Assembly: GCF_036675785.1 (NCBI RefSeq) | Contig: NZ_JAKFEF010000069.1 | Location: 46,239-110,238 of the forward strand | Direction of reading: 5' to 3' | Length of the DNA stretch: 64,000 nt | Source: Aromatoleum sp. | GTDB lineage: Bacteria > Pseudomonadota > Gammaproteobacteria > Burkholderiales > Rhodocyclaceae | Notes under the pieces: model-generated | The model's input: the letters and a program-made list of their open reading frames with translations, nothing else | Database searches by the model: none | What the model was told of the DNA's origin: nothing | Position numbers and translations under genes: made by a program | Part shown: one piece after another, positions 59,544 through 64,000 of the stretch | Layout: each line of letters begins with the position of its first letter | How positions within the stretch are numbered: position 1 is the stretch's first letter

Positions 59544-61478
59544 TCAGGAGCGCGCCCGGTCCAGCACGAAACCAACGGCCTGATCGATGCCCATTTCGGT
59601 CGTATCGAGCAGCACCGCATCCGGCAATTTCTTCAACGGAGCCAGGGGCCGGGCGGCGTCGCGCGCATCCCGATCCTGAAGATCCTTTAAAAGACTTTCC
59701 ATGTTAGCAGCCATCCCCTTTTCCATCAACTGCTTATAGCGACGTTCCGCGCGTGTATCGGCCGTTGCGGTGAGGAAGATCTTCGTCGCGGCATCGCGGA
59801 ATACGACCGAGCCCATGTCGCGCCCCTCGGCGACGAGCCCGGGGGCGCGCCGGTAATCGCGTTGTCGGTCGAGCAGCGCCGCGCGAACGCCCGGCATCAC
59901 CGCGACCCGGGATGCGCCGACCGAACAGGCTTCGGAGCGGATCGCGTCGGTCACCTCGACGTCGGCGAGAAACACCTGCGCACCCTCGAATCGCGCCGGC
60001 AGTTCGCCCGCCAGTGCCGCGAGCGCCGGCTCGTCATCGAGCGACACATCGGCTCGCATCGCGGCGAGTGCGACAAGACGGTACAGCGAGCCGCTGTCGA
60101 GGTAGTGATAACCGAGTGCGTCGGCGACGCGGGCCGCGACCGCCCCCTTGCCGGATGCCGAGGGACCGTCGATCGCGACGACTGGGACCGGCCGCGCAAT
60201 CTCGAAAAAGCGCTCGAAGTAAGTCGGGAAAGTCTTATTGACACATCTCGGGTCGTTGATCCGGACGCGACAGCCGCCGAGACTGACCAGCGAGAAGCAC
60301 ATCGCGACGCGGTGGTCGTCGTAAGTGTCGATCGCGGCCGCCGTCAGCGCGGCCGGCGGAGTGACGCACAGGTAATCGCCGCCTTCCTCGACCGTTGCAC
60401 CGACCTTGCGCAGTTCGGCGGCCATCGCCGCGATGCGATCGGTTTCCTTGACGCGCCAGCTCGCGATGTTGCGCAGGCGGCACGGGCCGTCGGTGAACAG
60501 CGCGGCGACCGCGAGCGTCATCGCCGCATCCGGGATGTGGTTCAGATCGAGATCGAAGGCCTTCAGCGGCCGGGCCTCCGGGGCTGCGGCCTCGATCCAG
60601 TTGTCGCCGAACCGGATTTCGGCGCCGAGGGTCGCGAGCGCCTCGGCAAAACGCACGTCGCCCTGAATGCTGTCGCGGCCGACGCCCTCTACCCGTACCG
60701 GACCGCCACCGATCGCGCCAGCCGCGAGGAAATACGACGCGGACGACGCGTCGCCCTCGACGAAAACGGTCCCGGGACTGCGATAGCGAACGCCGCCGGG
60801 CACGACGAAACGCGCCCAGCCCTCGCGCCGCACGTCCACGCCGAAACGCTTCATCAGGTCCAGCGTGATCGAGATGTAGGGTTTCGAGATCAGCTCGCCG
60901 GCGACTTCGATCGTCGTCTCGACGCCGGTCAGCGGCAGCGCCATCAACAGCGCCGTGAGGAACTGGCTCGAGACATCGCCTCGCACACGAACGACGCCAC
61001 CGGGCTGGATCGTCGCGGGGAAAATGTGAAGCGGAGGGAAACCGTCAGTGCCCGTGTAACGGACGTCGGCGCCGACCTGCCGCAGGCCGTCGACGAGATC
61101 GCCGATCGGCCGCTCGTGCATCCGCGGCACGCCGGACAACCGATACTCGCCGCCCGACAACGCGAGCGCGGCCGTCAAGGGGCGGAACGCCGTGCCCGCG
61201 TTACCGAGAAACAGGTCCGCGTGCGTTACCGGGAACGTGCCGCCCGCGCCGGTGACGTGGTAAGTGTCGCTGTCGCCATCCCGCGACCACTCGATGCCGA
61301 GCACGCGCAGCGCATCGAGCATCCGTTCGACATCGTCCGAGGCGAGCAGATCGCGGATCTCGGTCTTGCCGTCGGCGAGCGCCGCGAGCAGCAAGGTGCG
61401 GTTCGAAATACTCTTCGAACCGGGCAGGCGCACGCAGCCGCGCGCGCTCAGCATCGGCGGAAGATCGAGAAAGTCCAT
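59544..61478 (-). CDS. aroA: Bifunctional 3-phosphoshikimate 1-carboxyvinyltransferase / cytidylate kinase (AroA-Cmk fusion)
   Basis: A single 644-codon ORF. The AroA part ([10 protein letters not shown]...[11 protein letters not shown]) runs without a stop into Cmk ([13 protein letters not shown]...YLDSGSLYR). Confidence 0.9.
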   Translation of the reverse strand: MDFLDLPPMLSARGCVRLPGSKSISNRTLLLAALADGKTEIRDLLASDDVERMLDALRVLGIEWSRDGDSDTYHVTGAGGTFPVTHADLFLGNAGTAFRPLTAALALSGGEYRLSGVPRMHERPIGDLVDGLRQVGADVRYTGTDGFPPLHIFPATIQPGGVVRVRGDVSSQFLTALLMALPLTGVETTIEVAGELISKPYISITLDLMKRFGVDVRREGWARFVVPGGVRYRSPGTVFVEGDASSASYFLAAGAIGGGPVRVEGVGRDSIQGDVRFAEALATLGAEIRFGDNWIEAAAPEARPLKAFDLDLNHIPDAAMTLAVAALFTDGPCRLRNIASWRVKETDRIAAMAAELRKVGATVEEGGDYLCVTPPAALTAAAIDTYDDHRVAMCFSLVSLGGCRVRINDPRCVNKTFPTYFERFFEIARPVPVVAIDGPSASGKGAVAARVADALGYHYLDSGSLYRLVALAAMRADVSLDDEPALAALAGELPARFEGAQVFLADVEVTDAIRSEACSVGASRVAVMPGVRAALLDRQRDYRRAPGLVAEGRDMGSVVFRDAATKIFLTATADTRAERRYKQLMEKGMAANMESLLKDLQDRDARDAARPLAPLKKLPDAVLLDTTEMGIDQAVGFVLDRARS

Positions 61479-61480
61479 GA

Positions 61481-62389
61481 TCACTCCGAAGGGAAAGCCG
61501 GGTCGTGCGGACCCGAAAACTGCTCGGCCCAGGTATTGCGCGCGGTCCGCGCTTGGTCGAAAAGCTGCTCGAGCCGTTCGCCGTCGCCCGACAGGAGAAG
61601 CGCCCGAAGATACGCAAGCTCGGCGAGGTACTGGTCGAGTTCGGCGAGCAACGCCTGCCGGTTCGCCAAGCAGATGTCGCGCCACATCTCCGGGTGACTG
61701 CCGGCGATGCGCGTAAAATCACGGAAACCGCCGGCCGCGAAGTCGAAGAGCTGCCCCGCATTCGCGCGCCCCGCAAGGTCATGGACAAGCCCGAACGCGA
61801 GCAGGTGCGGCAGATGGCTCACCGCCGCGAACACGCGGTCGTGCTCCTGCGGCGGCATTTCGTGGATCTGGGCGCCGCAGGCCTCCCATACCTCGCGCAC
61901 CCGCAACACCGCGGCGGGCTCGTTCTCGGGCAGCGGCGTGACGACAACTTTCCGCCCCGCGTACAGGGTTCCGAAAGCGGATTCCACGCCGCTTTTCTCC
62001 GCCCCGGCGATCGGGTGCGCCGGCACGACGGTCGTCAGGTTAGCGGAGAGATGGCGATAAACCGCTTCGATGATGTCCCGCTTCGTGCTGCCGGCGTCGG
62101 TGACGATAGTGCCCGGCGCGAGATGGGGCGCCATCGCCGCCATCACCGCATCCATCTGCCCCACGGGCGGCGCGAGCAGCACGAAGTCCGCGCCGTCGAG
62201 CGCCGTACTCCACTCATTCGTCGCCTCGTCGATGACGCCGAGCGCGACCGCCCGGGCGAGCGACGCCGCGCTGCGTCCGATGCCGACGATCCGCCTTGCT
62301 ACGCCGGCCTGGCGCAACGCGAGCGCGAACGACCCGCCGATCAGGCCGACCCCGCAGACGACGAGCTTCTCGATCACCGTCACCGCCAT
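61481..62389 (-). CDS. tyrA: Prephenate/arogenate dehydrogenase
   Basis: [17 protein letters not shown]...SHLPHLLAF. Start trimmed to the ATG at 62389. Confidence 0.9.
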   Translation of the reverse strand: MAVTVIEKLVVCGVGLIGGSFALALRQAGVARRIVGIGRSAASLARAVALGVIDEATNEWSTALDGADFVLLAPPVGQMDAVMAAMAPHLAPGTIVTDAGSTKRDIIEAVYRHLSANLTTVVPAHPIAGAEKSGVESAFGTLYAGRKVVVTPLPENEPAAVLRVREVWEACGAQIHEMPPQEHDRVFAAVSHLPHLLAFGLVHDLAGRANAGQLFDFAAGGFRDFTRIAGSHPEMWRDICLANRQALLAELDQYLAELAYLRALLLSGDGERLEQLFDQARTARNTWAEQFSGPHDPAFPSE

Positions 62390-62408
62390 ACGAATCGCCC
62401 TCGCATGA

Positions 62409-63506
62409 TCACGAAAGCGCCTGCCGCAGCGCGGCGATGAACCGCGCGTTCTCTTCGGGCAGCCCGATCGACACCCGCAGCCACTCGGGCATGCCGTAGC
62501 CCCCAATCGGACGCACGATCACGCCCTCCTGCAGCAGCGCGCGATTGACCGCAGCGGCGTCGCCGACCTTGAACGCGAGGAAATTGCCTGCCGACGGAAT
62601 CCATTCGATCGAGAGTTCCGCGAGCGCTTCGGTGATCTGCGCCATGCCGCGGTGATTGAGGTCGGCCGTCCGCTCGAGGAATTCCACGTCGGAAAGCGCC
62701 GCCACGGCCGCCGCGAGGGCGACGCTGCTGACGTTGAACGGCTGCCGGACGCGGTTCATCAGGTCCGCGACCTCCGGGTGGCCGATCCCGTAACCGACGC
62801 GCAAGCCGGCGAGGCCGTAAGCCTTCGACATCGTGCGTGAGACCAGCAGGTTCGGAAAGCGCGGCAACCACGCGAGGCTGTCGTAGCGCTGCTGCGCACC
62901 GAGATATTCCGTATACGCCTCATCGAGCACGACGAGCACGTCCGACGAGACGCTCGCGAGGAAAGCCTCGATCGCCGCCCCTTCGACGAAGGTGCCGGTC
63001 GGATTGTTCGGATTCGCGATGAAGACGATGCGCGTGTCCGGCCGGATCGCCGCGGCCATCGCCGGCAGATCGTGTCCGAAGTCCTTCGCGGGCACTTCGA
63101 TGCCGACGGCGCCGGTGGCGTTCGTCGACAACGCGTAGACCGCGAACGCGTGCTGCGAGAACACCGCCGACCGCCCGACGCCGAGAAACGCGCGCGCCGC
63201 GAGTTCGAGAACGTCGTTCGAGCCGTTGCCGATCACGAGTTGGTCCGGCTGAACGCCGAAGCGGGCGCACAGCGCAGCCTTGAGATCGAATGCGTTGCCG
63301 TCCGGGTAACGTTCGCCGGCGACGAGCGCGGCCGCTGCGGCCTCCTTCGCGCGGCTGCTCATTCCGAGCGGATTCTCGTTGGAGGCCAGTTTCACGATGC
63401 CGGCTTCCGGGATCCCCATTTCGCGGGCGAGCTCTCCGATCGGCTTGCCGGGTTCGTACGGCGAAATCCGGCGGATGTATTCGGGAGCGTTGCTGCCGAC
63501 GGTCAT
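62409..63506 (-). CDS. hisC: Histidinol-phosphate / aromatic aminotransferase (HisC family)
   Basis: KLASNENPLG...TMSKAYGLAGLRVGY, with aromatic amino acid cluster context. Confidence 0.9.
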   Translation of the reverse strand: MTVGSNAPEYIRRISPYEPGKPIGELAREMGIPEAGIVKLASNENPLGMSSRAKEAAAAALVAGERYPDGNAFDLKAALCARFGVQPDQLVIGNGSNDVLELAARAFLGVGRSAVFSQHAFAVYALSTNATGAVGIEVPAKDFGHDLPAMAAAIRPDTRIVFIANPNNPTGTFVEGAAIEAFLASVSSDVLVVLDEAYTEYLGAQQRYDSLAWLPRFPNLLVSRTMSKAYGLAGLRVGYGIGHPEVADLMNRVRQPFNVSSVALAAAVAALSDVEFLERTADLNHRGMAQITEALAELSIEWIPSAGNFLAFKVGDAAAVNRALLQEGVIVRPIGGYGMPEWLRVSIGLPEENARFIAALRQALS

Positions 63507-63551
63507 TGCGGTCTCCTGACTAGTGTCTCTTGCGTGCGTGCCGCGGCCCGT

Positions 63552-64000
63552 TCAGATCACGGCGACCGGGTACGAGCCGAGCACCTTCACGAAGCCCGCC
63601 CGGTCGTTCAGCTCCTTCAGCGACGCGCCCACGGCGGGATCGTCGCGGTGCCCTTCGATGTCCATGTAGAACACGTACTCCCACAAGCCGGCACGCGCCG
63701 GGCGCGATTCCAGCTTGGTCATGCCGACGCCGTGCTGCGCAAGCGGGGCGAGCAGCGCGTGCATCGCGCCCGGCCGGTTCGCCGCCGCGCAGACGAGTGA
63801 CGTCTTGTCGTGCCCCGAGCGCTCCGCGTCATGGTGCGCGATGACGAGGAAGCGCGTCGTATTGTTCGGTTCGTCCTCGATGTTTGCGGCGAGCACGTTC
63901 AGCCCGTACAGCTCGGCCGCAGCCTCGCCGGCGATCGCACAGGACTCCGGGTCCTCGGCAGCGAGCCGCGCCGCTTCCGCGTTGCTCGCGACCGGCACGC
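63552..64000 (-). CDS. pheA: Chorismate mutase/prephenate dehydratase PheA, C-terminal part (5' end outside window)
   Basis: NTTRFLVI... and ACT domain GAMHALLAPLAQHGVGMTKLESRP...YVFYMDIEGH. Confidence 0.9.
   Translation of the reverse strand, partial: VPVASNAEAARLAAEDPESCAIAGEAAAELYGLNVLAANIEDEPNNTTRFLVIAHHDAERSGHDKTSLVCAAANRPGAMHALLAPLAQHGVGMTKLESRPARAGLWEYVFYMDIEGHRDDPAVGASLKELNDRAGFVKVLGSYPVAVI

Overview
High-GC chromosomal segment that looks like a denitrifying betaproteobacterium. Gene order and protein sequences resemble Rhodocyclales such as Thauera, Azoarcus or Aromatoleum, but this is inference only, since no search was possible. About 60 protein genes, 2 tRNAs and 2 decayed genes are supported.

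Layout:
- 1-13.1 kb, housekeeping: rlmD, bamC-dapA, an HDAC-like gene, moxR-DUF58-tgpA-mltB, and surE-pcm-nlpD-rpoS.
- 13.1-27.0 kb, an accessory-looking respiratory block. It starts with an enolase-superfamily gene remnant. A seven-gene run of overlapping ORFs follows: a YdiJ-like FAD/Fe-S dehydrogenase, a caa3-like haem-copper oxidase with an embedded CaCA transporter gene, a small membrane protein and two c-type cytochromes. After that come a PQQ-type dehydrogenase, a PRC-barrel protein, an SDR gene with two frameshifts and a PAP2 phosphatase. The block ends at tRNA-Pro(GGG).
- 27-34.8 kb: merR-ihfA-pheTS-rplT-rpmI-infC-thrS and tRNA-Val(GAC).
- 35-36.2 kb: exported MsrA and MsrB.
- 36.2-49.6 kb: a cytochrome cd1 nitrite reductase / haem d1 supercluster with two divergent nirS paralogues. 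On the minus strand: nirC-F-DL-G-H, then nirS1-nirT-nirB, then a cupredoxin gene with nirJ-nirN. On the plus strand: nirE-nirS2.
- 49.7-64 kb: glsB, an exonuclease, ydbL-ynbE-ydbH, cysM, ugd, lapBA, ihfB, rpsA, an aroA-cmk fusion, tyrA, hisC and pheA.

No CRISPR array, IS element, integrase or recognisable defence system was seen.

Most interesting observations:
1. The dehydrogenase-oxidase-antiporter-cytochrome operon. Its subunit I keeps the catalytic motifs but, by eye alignment, lacks the K-channel Lys and Thr and the D-channel Asn residues.
2. The modular nir cluster carries three FNR/Dnr-type boxes, each exactly 22 nt from a -10-like hexamer.
3. Several smaller oddities: a CX3CH motif in the NirB-like cytochrome, an ATC start for infC, a Thr-Thr mini-ORF plus terminator in the thrS leader, and signal-peptide MsrA/MsrB with no visible reductant partner.

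All homology calls come from reading the translated ORFs and from remembered family motifs. No database search or computation was run.
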